Shown one piece after another: positions 50,092 through 59,379 of a DNA stretch of 64,000 nt (position 1 is the first letter of the stretch; every line of letters begins with the position of its first letter). Below the pieces are notes generated by a model. The model did not search any database, had not been told where the DNA came from, and saw only the letters and a list, made by a program, of their open reading frames with translations. The translations under genes were made by a program, and so were the position numbers. The stretch is from Promethearchaeota archaeon (GTDB lineage: Archaea; Asgardarchaeota; Lokiarchaeia; Sigyniarchaeales; SOKP01), in the NCBI GenBank assembly GCA_048939015.1, contig JBHLPW010000006.1, positions 1 to 64,000 of the forward strand. The letters run 5' to 3'.

Positions 50092-51322
50092 AGTATTTCA
50101 GTTTAATGGATGTAATAAATGCTTTAATGAGACGATACTTTTAAAAGGAGAATCCAAATATAAAGTAGAATTTATACAAGATCCTCAAAACTGGAAAGAA
50201 CAAAAGACTGAGGTATCAATTATCACTGGATTTTTACTACCAGAGAATAAAGAAATTTTAAATAAGATTAAAGCAAATTCAGAAAAAGTAATTGCATATG
50301 GAAATTGTACTACAACAGGAGGGATTTTTGCTCTTGCTAATCAAAAAAGTCATGATGTAACTCCATTAAAAAACATAATCGAAGATTCAATTAATATTAA
50401 TGGATGTTTAGGGGAAATTGAGGAATTAAAGCTAGAGATTGAAGATAATGATCTCCCAAAATTAAAGAATCTATGTATAGTATGTGGAAGACGGAAAACA
50501 TGTGATTACTTAGACGATGTAAAACGTCAAATTGAATTAGGAGATACTGAGACATGTTTTAATGATCTTGGGTATCTTTGTAATGGTTTTATATCAAAAG
50601 AATGCAAAGAACGATGTATTGATTATAATGCCCCATGTAGAGGTTGTAAACCAATTATAGAACGTTCTGGAATCAGAATGTTAGGAATGTTTGGAACTCT
50701 TATGGGAAATATTGAAGTAGCGACTGAACACTCTGAAAAGGGAGCAACTGATAAATTAGCAGATAGGGATGATGATATAACGGAAAGATTGCCAGATATA
50801 GTAGGAAATTTCTTTAGATTTACTTTACCAACATCAGGATTACCAAAAGGCAGAATTCCTTCAAATGGTAATATTTTAGATGACGTTTTTACTGGAAGAC
50901 TTATTGAAGAATTACCTTTGATTTCAGGATTATTAGGAGGAGATCATTCAATCTCACTAACATTAAAAATAATTGAAACTTACGAGGAAGCAAATGAAAT
51001 TGAAGTAAGCGAAAAAACAAAAAATTATCGAAGTCAATTGCTAAAATTGGAAGATCAACTCCAAAAGGCGATTCAAAGTAAAGATCTGGAAGAATATAAG
51101 AAAATTACTGAAGAAATTCGTAAAATTGCGGGAAATATGAATTTATCTAATTTAACTTATGGAGGATTCAGGTCTCAAATTGATGATAATGATGATTTTG
51201 AAGAATATAAAGCCCACGTTTTTGAAGTGGTCGAAGGAACATATAAAAATGGTTCTGTTGAATTTACAATTGATCCAGTTGGCATTGTAAAACAAATTAA
51301 AATTAAAGAGGGATATGCATGA
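50081..51322 (+). CDS. MvhG-like Fe-S subunit fused to a degenerate [NiFe]-hydrogenase large-subunit remnant
   Basis: GCNKC, AYGNC..GG, NGC, CIVC, CF..GYLC.G...C..C...PCRGC; C-terminal ~150 aa resembles MvhA segments but has no Cys. Confidence 0.75.
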   Translation: MDVRVFQFNGCNKCFNETILLKGESKYKVEFIQDPQNWKEQKTEVSIITGFLLPENKEILNKIKANSEKVIAYGNCTTTGGIFALANQKSHDVTPLKNIIEDSININGCLGEIEELKLEIEDNDLPKLKNLCIVCGRRKTCDYLDDVKRQIELGDTETCFNDLGYLCNGFISKECKERCIDYNAPCRGCKPIIERSGIRMLGMFGTLMGNIEVATEHSEKGATDKLADRDDDITERLPDIVGNFFRFTLPTSGLPKGRIPSNGNILDDVFTGRLIEELPLISGLLGGDHSISLTLKIIETYEEANEIEVSEKTKNYRSQLLKLEDQLQKAIQSKDLEEYKKITEEIRKIAGNMNLSNLTYGGFRSQIDDNDDFEEYKAHVFEVVEGTYKNGSVEFTIDPVGIVKQIKIKEGYA

Positions 51323-53787
51323 GTTTTGAATTATTAAGAGAAGAAATAGTGGATGCTGGTCTTTGTCAAGGATGTGGTTTATGTGCTGGTTCATGTAAAC
51401 ATATTGAAATGGATCTAAGGCGTCCAACTTTAAAAGATTATTGTATATTGGAAAGAGATGGAAAAGATTGTGGCAAATGCTATCAAAATTGTCCTCAAGT
51501 AATCCAGAAAAAATTTAAAGAAAAGCAGCCTCTTGCGATTTACTCATTAAGAAGTAAAGACCCAGCTATTTTGAATAAAGCTTCAAGTGGAGGCTTTGTA
51601 ACTACTTTTGCTAAAGAATTGTTGGAGAATGAATCTCTTAAAGAAATAGTAATGGTTCAAGAAGAAGACGAGAAACCTACAGCTGAAATAGTTTCTGATC
51701 CTAATGACGTAGTTCAAAAGGCTGGGGTTATTTATGGTAGGTCTGGAGTACTGCAGAAATTAGTAGAACTTACCGGTGAAACATTTGAGCCGATTGGCAT
51801 AGTTGGTGTACCCTGTGAAATGCGTGGTGCTGCTGAACTTGAAGAAGATATGAATCGAGAAATTTTAAAAATTGGATTGTTTTGTAGTTCCCAAATGAGA
51901 ACTGAACAAACAGACAAGGGTTTAGTATGTTCTCCATGTTGTAATGGTTGTCCCTCTGGGGTCAATGCTCAAGGATATATATCATTGATACGTCAAGGAA
52001 AGTATCAAGATGCTGTTGATTTAATTAGAGAAAGTAATCCCCTTCCGTCTATATGTGGAAGAATTTGTACAAATGAGTGCGAGCATGGTTGTACTCTAAT
52101 TGGAGACGACCATCCTGTCGCGATTCGTGAATTAAAGAAATTTGTTACTGAATGGGAAATTGAAAGAGCTAAAAACACTTCAAAACAAAAAGCTAAATTA
52201 CCCAAAAATGCTAAAAAAGTAGCAATTATAGGATCTGGACCAGCAGGATTAACAGCGGCATATTATTTAAGGAGAATGGGTTATGCACCAACAATTTTTG
52301 AGAAGACAGATCAAACAGGAGGAATGCTAAGATTTGGTGTACCGCAGTTTCGATTACCTAATTATGTATTAGATTATGATGTAGGTAGGATCGTAGATTC
52401 TGGAGTTAAGGTTGTACTTAATAAGCCTTTAGGGCCTGAAATGTCTATTGATGATTTAAAGAATGATGGATTTGAAGCCATATTTATTGCAACTGGACAA
52501 TATAAACCCCGTACCTTACACTTAGAAGGAGAAGATTTACCAAATGTGCATGTAGCAATTCATTTTCTTATGGATAGAAAGTATCGATACTGGGAAAATA
52601 AAGAAGAATTTAAAGGCAAAACTTTAGGAATAATCGGAGGTGGACCAGTCGCAGTTGATGTTGCACAAACAGCTCTTAGATTAGGTGCAGATAAAGTTCA
52701 CCTTGTAGATATAATGTCAAAAGAACAACTCGAATTAGTACTACGAGAAATACCTGAAAATGAAATGGAATTTATGGAATATCACTTTACGACCTCAACT
52801 TCTAAAATCACTCAGAATAAAGATATAAAATTAGTTCTAAATTCTTATAAGATTGAATGGGGTAAACCTGATAAAAGTGGGAGGAAACCATTAATTAAAA
52901 TTGAAGAATCCGATTATCAGATACCAGTAGATTCCATTGTAATTGCAGTTGGTCAAGCAGTAGATTTTGAACAAATAGATGCTGCTACCAATAATATATT
53001 GGAAAAAGAACGAAATAGAATCAAAGTAAACGAGGTTACATTTGAAACAAATATACCTGGTGTTTTTGCTGGTGGAGATATAATCAGTAATTCTAAGGCT
53101 GTAGCCATTGCTGCTATAGCTCATGGAAAAGAAGCGGCAATTTCAATAGACAGATACTTAAAGGGAGAGAACTTAATGGAAGGAAGATACAAGATAAAGA
53201 ATTCCTTTTTCACTGGACCTAAAAAACCTCCAAAAGACTATTCCTTGAAACCAGATACTTTAGAAGAAGCAACTGAAGAAATTAATTGGAGTTTTGAGGA
53301 AATTGATCAAATGTTCAATGAAGATATGGCTTTACAGGAGGCTAGAAGATGTCTAAGTTGTAATCACTTCTGTTCTCATTGTCAAGATTTCCCTGCAATA
53401 TATTCAGATCTGACAGCGGGTGAAGTAGGATCACAAGAAGGCTATACTACAGTGGTAGTTTGGACAGAAAGAGGAAAAAATTTTGTTGAAGAAGCGATTA
53501 AAAAGGGATTATTCGAACAAGGAAAAGTCGATGATGAAGCATTGAAAAATGCTATAAATCTAAAATCAAAACGTGAATTGATGAATTTTGAAAAAACCCC
53601 AAGACAACAAGTATTAAACTATGTATCACTTCAAGGACCTAGTACTATTACAGATATCGTAAACCGAACAGGTCTTGAACCTAAAAAAGCAAGATATGAA
53701 GCGCTCCGATTAGTTCAATTAATGCAATTAGAGATGAAAGCTGAACCTGATATGGAGGAGCCAATATTTTCTATTATATGTGATTAA
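51319..53787 (+). CDS. FrhB-like protein with inserted GltD/NfnB-type NAD(P)H oxidoreductase and C-terminal wHTH
   Basis: 2x[4Fe-4S]; FrhB motifs SSGGFVT, VGVPC, IGLFC; GltD motifs CP, NPLP.ICGRIC, IIGSGPAG, GGMLRFG, VFAGGD, EARRCLSC; FrhB resumes at CSHCQDF..DLTAG.VGS..GYTTV. Confidence 0.85.
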   Translation: MSFELLREEIVDAGLCQGCGLCAGSCKHIEMDLRRPTLKDYCILERDGKDCGKCYQNCPQVIQKKFKEKQPLAIYSLRSKDPAILNKASSGGFVTTFAKELLENESLKEIVMVQEEDEKPTAEIVSDPNDVVQKAGVIYGRSGVLQKLVELTGETFEPIGIVGVPCEMRGAAELEEDMNREILKIGLFCSSQMRTEQTDKGLVCSPCCNGCPSGVNAQGYISLIRQGKYQDAVDLIRESNPLPSICGRICTNECEHGCTLIGDDHPVAIRELKKFVTEWEIERAKNTSKQKAKLPKNAKKVAIIGSGPAGLTAAYYLRRMGYAPTIFEKTDQTGGMLRFGVPQFRLPNYVLDYDVGRIVDSGVKVVLNKPLGPEMSIDDLKNDGFEAIFIATGQYKPRTLHLEGEDLPNVHVAIHFLMDRKYRYWENKEEFKGKTLGIIGGGPVAVDVAQTALRLGADKVHLVDIMSKEQLELVLREIPENEMEFMEYHFTTSTSKITQNKDIKLVLNSYKIEWGKPDKSGRKPLIKIEESDYQIPVDSIVIAVGQAVDFEQIDAATNNILEKERNRIKVNEVTFETNIPGVFAGGDIISNSKAVAIAAIAHGKEAAISIDRYLKGENLMEGRYKIKNSFFTGPKKPPKDYSLKPDTLEEATEEINWSFEEIDQMFNEDMALQEARRCLSCNHFCSHCQDFPAIYSDLTAGEVGSQEGYTTVVVWTERGKNFVEEAIKKGLFEQGKVDDEALKNAINLKSKRELMNFEKTPRQQVLNYVSLQGPSTITDIVNRTGLEPKKARYEALRLVQLMQLEMKAEPDMEEPIFSIICD

Positions 53788-53826
53788 ATAATAAATAAAT
53801 TTAATAAATACCAAGAGGTAAAGATA

Positions 53827-54066
53827 ATGAAATACGATATGGAATTAAACGTCTGCGGGTTAGTATGTCCTGTCCCAGCTTTAAAAACTAAAAAACAGCT
53901 CATGAAAATGAGACCTGGCACAGTTTTAAAAGTTATAACAGACTATAAACCTGCTAGTGAATCTGTTCCCCGTGATTTAGCAAAACAAACTAAGCATAAA
54001 CACTTAGGAACGGAATTTCTCGAAGACGATGAACAATGGTATATCTATTTTGAAGCTGTAAAATAA
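53827..54066 (+). CDS. tusA: Second TusA-family sulfurtransferase
   Basis: LNVCGLVCPVP, LKVITDY. Confidence 0.9.
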   Translation: MKYDMELNVCGLVCPVPALKTKKQLMKMRPGTVLKVITDYKPASESVPRDLAKQTKHKHLGTEFLEDDEQWYIYFEAVK

Positions 54067-54073
54067 CTAGATA

Positions 54074-54108
54074 CTTCTTTTTTTATTCTTTTTTTTTTAG
54101 TTTTATTT
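54074..54108 (+). terminator. Oligo-T archaeal terminator candidate after the tus/hdr operon
   Basis: Long T tracts immediately after the last tusA stop codon. Confidence 0.45.
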
Positions 54109-54231
54109 GATTAGTAGGTCGAATCTAAAATTTATCCAAGAGTCCATTTATAGTTCTAGATTGTAAACTATAAATGAATTGCATTCTGATTATAATTTAA
54201 TAAAATTACTAAACAAAACATATAAAGAAAT

Positions 54232-54984
54232 ATGCAGGAAGTAGAAAATATATATCAAGATGCTTATTACAGAACAAAAAACTTCAAAGGGTTATTCATT
54301 CACGATATTTCAAATTTATTTCAGATAATCAGCAATTCTATTGAGTTTTGTGAATCAATGTTAAAAAATGAAGTAAAAACAGATGAAATTTTAGAGTTTT
54401 TTTATATGATTGCGAAACAGATAGACCGTGGTAAGAAATTGATTAGAAATGTTAGAAATCTTTCAGAAATGGAAGAATATGAAATGCCTTTAGTACCTGT
54501 TGAAATATTTTCTACTTTGGAGAATGTTTTTAGTTTTACTTATGCAAGTTTTCCTAAAAAGGAAATTGAAATTAATATGTACCCTAATCATGGAAACCTT
54601 TATATTATGGCAAATGAGCTACTGAGTGAAGTATTTGAAAATATAATTATAAATTCTATTTATTACAACAGAAATAGAGTTGTTAAAATTGAAGTTGTAG
54701 CTTCTATCATTGAAATTCATCATAAGAATTATGTAAAGATCGAGTTTAAGGATAATGGTATTGGTATCGATAATAATCGAAAACAGGTGATATTTCAAGA
54801 AACTCATCTAAAGAACAAGCAATCTAATGGTATGGGAATTGGTCTATCATTGGTTGCTAGAGTAATTGAATTATACGGTGGAGAAATTAGGGTAAAAGAT
54901 CATATAGAGGGAGATTCCACGAAAGGGAGCAATTTCATAATCTTGATTCCATTAATTAAAAAAAAAAAAGAAGGTAATGTGTAA
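54232..54984 (+). CDS. Histidine kinase lacking a sensor domain
   Basis: IHDISN H-box about 24 aa from the start, ENIIINS, DNGIGI, GMGIGLSLV; paralog of the 20972 kinase core. Confidence 0.9.
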   Translation: MQEVENIYQDAYYRTKNFKGLFIHDISNLFQIISNSIEFCESMLKNEVKTDEILEFFYMIAKQIDRGKKLIRNVRNLSEMEEYEMPLVPVEIFSTLENVFSFTYASFPKKEIEINMYPNHGNLYIMANELLSEVFENIIINSIYYNRNRVVKIEVVASIIEIHHKNYVKIEFKDNGIGIDNNRKQVIFQETHLKNKQSNGMGIGLSLVARVIELYGGEIRVKDHIEGDSTKGSNFIILIPLIKKKKEGNV

Positions 54985-55829
54985 TGACAATTAGTTATCA
55001 AAATACAAAACCACTAAAATTGAAGAAAAATATTAAATGGTATACTTATGTAGATTCTTCTCTTGACTTAAAACTAAAAGTCTTTATGGAAGAATATCGC
55101 TTGAATAACCAAGCGAGAATTATAAGAGATTTTGTAAATCATTGCATTGATTATTTCGAAGCAATGTTTAAGAAGAAATCTTATAATGATCCTCAGGTCT
55201 ATGATGAGAAAGAACTTGATAATTTAATAAAAAAAGCAATTACAACATATGAAAATGGTAATAATTTTCATGGAGAATTAAAGCAAAAACTTTCACCGCT
55301 TAAATTATCACTGTTAATGCTTAATAACTATATCGAAGAAAAAAATATGCTCAAAGAGGGCATTCAAAATGCAATAGACGCCTTAAACGAGTTAGAGATT
55401 TCTGTAAAACGACATTTTGAGGAACCTAGTATTGTAAGGTTTATAAAAAAAATAGATCTCTTATATGTTGAAGACAATGAATTGGAACGGAAAACCATAG
55501 AGCATTTTTTTAGAGCAAATGAAGTAAATATTAAATCCGTAGAAACTTCTGACGAGGCTTTATACATTCTTAAGAGCTTAACTCCTAAAGTCATATTACT
55601 TGATATTAATTTAAAGACTAGTAATATAAATGGAGATCGCCTTTGCCAGATGTTAAAATCAAGTTCTCAGTACAATTCAATTCCAATAGTATTAATATCA
55701 GCTGTTTTCTTCAATAATACCAAAGAACAAATTTTAACTGAAACAGGAGCCGATGAAGTCATTTTTAAACCTATTGACAGATTAAAAGATTTAAACGTTC
55801 TATTTAAATACTTTAAAGAAAAATATTGA
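54984..55829 (+). CDS. Response regulator with N-terminal RHH-like domain (paralog of 22239..23066)
   Basis: KWYTYVDS.LD.KLK, ELKQKLSPLK, YVEDN, LLDINL, FKPI. Confidence 0.85.
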   Translation: MTISYQNTKPLKLKKNIKWYTYVDSSLDLKLKVFMEEYRLNNQARIIRDFVNHCIDYFEAMFKKKSYNDPQVYDEKELDNLIKKAITTYENGNNFHGELKQKLSPLKLSLLMLNNYIEEKNMLKEGIQNAIDALNELEISVKRHFEEPSIVRFIKKIDLLYVEDNELERKTIEHFFRANEVNIKSVETSDEALYILKSLTPKVILLDINLKTSNINGDRLCQMLKSSSQYNSIPIVLISAVFFNNTKEQILTETGADEVIFKPIDRLKDLNVLFKYFKEKY

Positions 55830-55978
55830 AAACCTAAAAAATAACTTGTTTTTTTTACATTTTTTTAAATTAACTAATTTTAAGACGAAATCTATAGAAG
55901 GATACTATTGAAAATTATTATTAAATTTAAAACACTATAAATATCTAACACTCATTAATTATGAGAAGGGATAAATAA

Positions 55979-57370
55979 GTGAGAATAACTGTCTTAAATG
56001 GAAGTCCTAAAGGGATTGAAAGCACTACAATGCAATATATTTTATATATCCAGAAGAAATTTCCTCAGCATGAACTCAAAATCTTAAATATTGGTCAACA
56101 AATCAAAAAACTTGAAAAGAATGAAGAGAAATTTCGAGAATTTATTGAAGATGTTAAGAATTCTGAGGGGATTATCTGGGCTACTCCCTTATACGTAATG
56201 CTTGTACCATATCAATATAAGAGATTCATTGAATTAATTTGGGAAAGAAATGTAGAGGGAATTTTTAAAGATAAATATGCTGCTGTGTTAACTACATCAA
56301 TTCATTTCTATGACCACACAGCTGTAAATTATATGAATGCCATTTGTGATGATTTGGAAATGAGATTTGTTGGATTTTTTTCACCAGATATGTTTGATCT
56401 TATGATTCCAGATAAGAGAAGGCAACTAGTATTATTTGCGGAGAATTTCTTTCATACTATTGAAAAAAGACTCCCAACCTCAAGAAAGAATCCCTCAATT
56501 AAACCTCAACAATTCGAATACCTTCCTAATTTGGATATAAAAGATGAAGAAAAAATAGAAGTTGAAGATAAGAAAATCTTGATTCTTTCAGATTCCACAG
56601 ATGGGAATACAAATTTAGGGAAGATGATTGAGAGATTTAAAAATTGTTTTAGAGATAATATCAAAATAATTAATATTTATGATATTGATATTAAAGGGGG
56701 TTGTTTAGGTTGTATACAATGTGGATATGATAATAATTGTGTATATAAAGATAAGGATGAGTTCACTGAGTTCTGGAAATCAATCCCAGAATATGACATT
56801 ATTATTTTTGCAGGAAATATTGTAGATAGATATTTAACATCAAGATGGAAATTAGTTTTGGATAGGTCTTTCTTTATGGGACATATACCTACATTAGATA
56901 AAAAACAGTTTGGTTTTATTATTTCTGGTCCATTAGGTCAGATCTCTAATTTAAGAGAAATCTTTGAAGCATATATAGAGATTCAAGATAGTAATTTAGT
57001 TGATATAATCACAGATGAATATCAAAATTCTGCTGAAATTGATCTATTACTACTTAATTTAGCTAAGAAATCGATTCAATTTTCAAAATCTGAGTATATT
57101 AAACCTCATACATTCCTCACTGAAGGTGGGATGAAAATATTTCGTGATGCAGTTTTTGGAAGGATGAGATTTGTTTTTCAAGCAGATCATAGATATTATG
57201 AAAAGCATGGATTATATGATTTCCCCCAAAACGATAAGTTTGCAAAAAAAATGAATGATAAATTCATGCCTTTAACTCAAAATGAGAAGTTTAGAAAAAC
57301 ATTCTATTCTGTATTAAAAACTGAAATGATAAAACCTCTAAAACGTGTTATTGAAAATCCAGATAAATAA
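55979..57370 (+). CDS. Tandem flavodoxin-like / iron-sulfur flavoprotein
   Basis: LNGSPKG...T, ATPLY; second domain with CLGCIQC.....C. Confidence 0.85.
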   Translation: MRITVLNGSPKGIESTTMQYILYIQKKFPQHELKILNIGQQIKKLEKNEEKFREFIEDVKNSEGIIWATPLYVMLVPYQYKRFIELIWERNVEGIFKDKYAAVLTTSIHFYDHTAVNYMNAICDDLEMRFVGFFSPDMFDLMIPDKRRQLVLFAENFFHTIEKRLPTSRKNPSIKPQQFEYLPNLDIKDEEKIEVEDKKILILSDSTDGNTNLGKMIERFKNCFRDNIKIINIYDIDIKGGCLGCIQCGYDNNCVYKDKDEFTEFWKSIPEYDIIIFAGNIVDRYLTSRWKLVLDRSFFMGHIPTLDKKQFGFIISGPLGQISNLREIFEAYIEIQDSNLVDIITDEYQNSAEIDLLLLNLAKKSIQFSKSEYIKPHTFLTEGGMKIFRDAVFGRMRFVFQADHRYYEKHGLYDFPQNDKFAKKMNDKFMPLTQNEKFRKTFYSVLKTEMIKPLKRVIENPDK

Positions 57371-57387
57371 TAGTCATTCTTGGATAT

Positions 57388-58122
57388 ATGGAATTATTAA
57401 AAAATAATTTTGAAGAAATCAAAAAAACCAATGATCCAGAAATAATAAATGATTTCTTAATAAATTTAAGTAAAGATCCAGATAAAGGGTATCTTAGGTA
57501 TGTAGAATACTTCAAGAATAATTTAGATCCACGAATTTTTGAAAAAGTTAAGCTAAATATGATTTATTTGTTAGGAGAGATTGGTAAATTAACCAATATA
57601 GAAAAAAAGTTCATAAATTTATTAAAGGATACATATTACTCATCAGATCGATGGATTAGAAATGAGATAATTCAAGCGATTGGAAAAATTTCGACTAATT
57701 TAGATATAACAGAAGATATTATTAATTTATTGGGATACGCGGTAAATGATGACTATTTTCCGATTAAAGTTAATGCTCTTCAAGTAATTCTAAATTTAAA
57801 TGAACTTCCTGCTATATTAAGCAAAAATATTTTTCAAGCATTAAGTGTAAAAAATACTGAGTTAGAATCACTCTGTATAAAGATATTAGACAAATTTATA
57901 CCTGATTATAATCAATTGTTTTTTGCTCTTAACTTTCAAGATAATTACAAAATTTTAAAAAAACACGCTATTAGAGCTTTATTATTAACATATTTCAGGT
58001 CAGTACTGAATTTAGAATCATTTCGGCAAAAAATCTCTAACTCAAATTGGGAAAATGAATATATAGAAAATTTCCTTAAAGAAATAGATATATATGAAAA
58101 AATTATTATGAAAAAATTATGA
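57388..58122 (+). CDS. HEAT/ARM-repeat-like protein
   Basis: VKLNMIYLLGEIG, WIRNEIIQAIGKI, IKVNALQVI helical repeats. Confidence 0.7.
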   Translation: MELLKNNFEEIKKTNDPEIINDFLINLSKDPDKGYLRYVEYFKNNLDPRIFEKVKLNMIYLLGEIGKLTNIEKKFINLLKDTYYSSDRWIRNEIIQAIGKISTNLDITEDIINLLGYAVNDDYFPIKVNALQVILNLNELPAILSKNIFQALSVKNTELESLCIKILDKFIPDYNQLFFALNFQDNYKILKKHAIRALLLTYFRSVLNLESFRQKISNSNWENEYIENFLKEIDIYEKIIMKKL

Positions 58123-58132
58123 CGAGGTTTAA

Positions 58133-59362
58133 TTATTCATAATTTTTAAGTATATCTTCTAAATCTTCATAAGATAATAAAATGTCATTAAAGATTTTTA
58201 TTAAAAACTTTATAATTTCTCTAGGATTACCTTTTGTTTGATTAAATATAGATTTCAAAATATTTTCATTTAAAGGATAAAGTGAATCAGAAAAATCCTT
58301 ATTATAGTCAAGAGAATTAATATGAGCAAAAAAAAACTCTAAATTCTTCTTATAAAACTGAAAAAGATCTTCTTCAACGAAATTTGATAAAACTATTGGT
58401 TTTTTTACAAGATTTAGAAGATTACTATTTTTACGTTCAATCTCACTTATGATCTCTTTATAAAATTCCATCGACTTCAATGTGATGATGATTCTAAGAC
58501 CATCAATTTTAGTTAATTTTAAGATTTTATCTAAGATTTTCTCTGCTCTCCTTTTATCAGGTGATTGTCTAGTTCCATAAAGCCAGCTTCGATCGAATAC
58601 TTCTTCTTCCTCTTCTCCTTCTTCCTCGATTTGTATAGGACTTATCATTGAAACAATTTTTTCAAAATCATCAATAAATAAAACACTATTGACCATGGCA
58701 TTTTCAACTAATACCTTAAGCATTGTATATGAATTATTCCTTTCTCTTAAGTCATGCTTTAGATTTAATCTTGAAAGATCTCTTATATCGATTACTTCGC
58801 CTAAAAACCATCTTTCCACATCCATTTTTTTATATGGATCTAATTGATGTGTTGTAATAGCAGTTATGATATCAGTTATCGCTTTTTTGTTTTCGAATTT
58901 TTGAGCCCACTTCTCAAATGCTTTATTTTTAACTTTTTCAATATCTCCTATATGAAAAAAACCAAATTTTCTTTCTAATGCGCCCCATTCATTACAAAGT
59001 CTTCTTGCTATATTTCTTAATACTTCTATACCCATATTCTCTATAAATTCTGCATAAGTATTGTTATAAAATTTCTTTATAACATTCTCTAGAGATATAT
59101 AAACAATATTATAATAGTATAATTCATGTTTTAATGCCCAATATAAATGTGTTTTTCCAGTTCCTACATCTCCAATAATAGGTAAGATGAAATTCTCTTC
59201 TTTTTCAGTAATATTGATGATATTTTGAATAAAATCTTGCCTTGAATGCACTAATCCAATATCTTCTTCAATTTCTCCTGTAGAAACAAATTTTTTAAAA
59301 GGAGATCCCGTAAATCTTAAAAGATTTAACAATTTTTGTTCTTTATTTTCAAAAAGAAGCAT
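58133..59362 (-). CDS. P-loop ATPase (AAA+/STAND-like, BrxD-like features)
   Basis: Walker A GDVGTGKT, RWFLGE, Walker B VLFIDDFE, GNPRE. Confidence 0.8.
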   Translation of the reverse strand: MLLFENKEQKLLNLLRFTGSPFKKFVSTGEIEEDIGLVHSRQDFIQNIINITEKEENFILPIIGDVGTGKTHLYWALKHELYYYNIVYISLENVIKKFYNNTYAEFIENMGIEVLRNIARRLCNEWGALERKFGFFHIGDIEKVKNKAFEKWAQKFENKKAITDIITAITTHQLDPYKKMDVERWFLGEVIDIRDLSRLNLKHDLRERNNSYTMLKVLVENAMVNSVLFIDDFEKIVSMISPIQIEEEGEEEEEVFDRSWLYGTRQSPDKRRAEKILDKILKLTKIDGLRIIITLKSMEFYKEIISEIERKNSNLLNLVKKPIVLSNFVEEDLFQFYKKNLEFFFAHINSLDYNKDFSDSLYPLNENILKSIFNQTKGNPREIIKFLIKIFNDILLSYEDLEDILKNYE

Positions 59363-59379
59363 TTTAAATCAGATTATTA

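Noticed and set aside
50081-51322. Functional [NiFe] hydrogenase
   Set aside because: No L1/L2 CxxC nickel ligands, no separate large subunit and no maturation genes in the window
58133-59362. BREX defence system
   Set aside because: Only a single ATPase; no pglZ, pglX or brxC nearby
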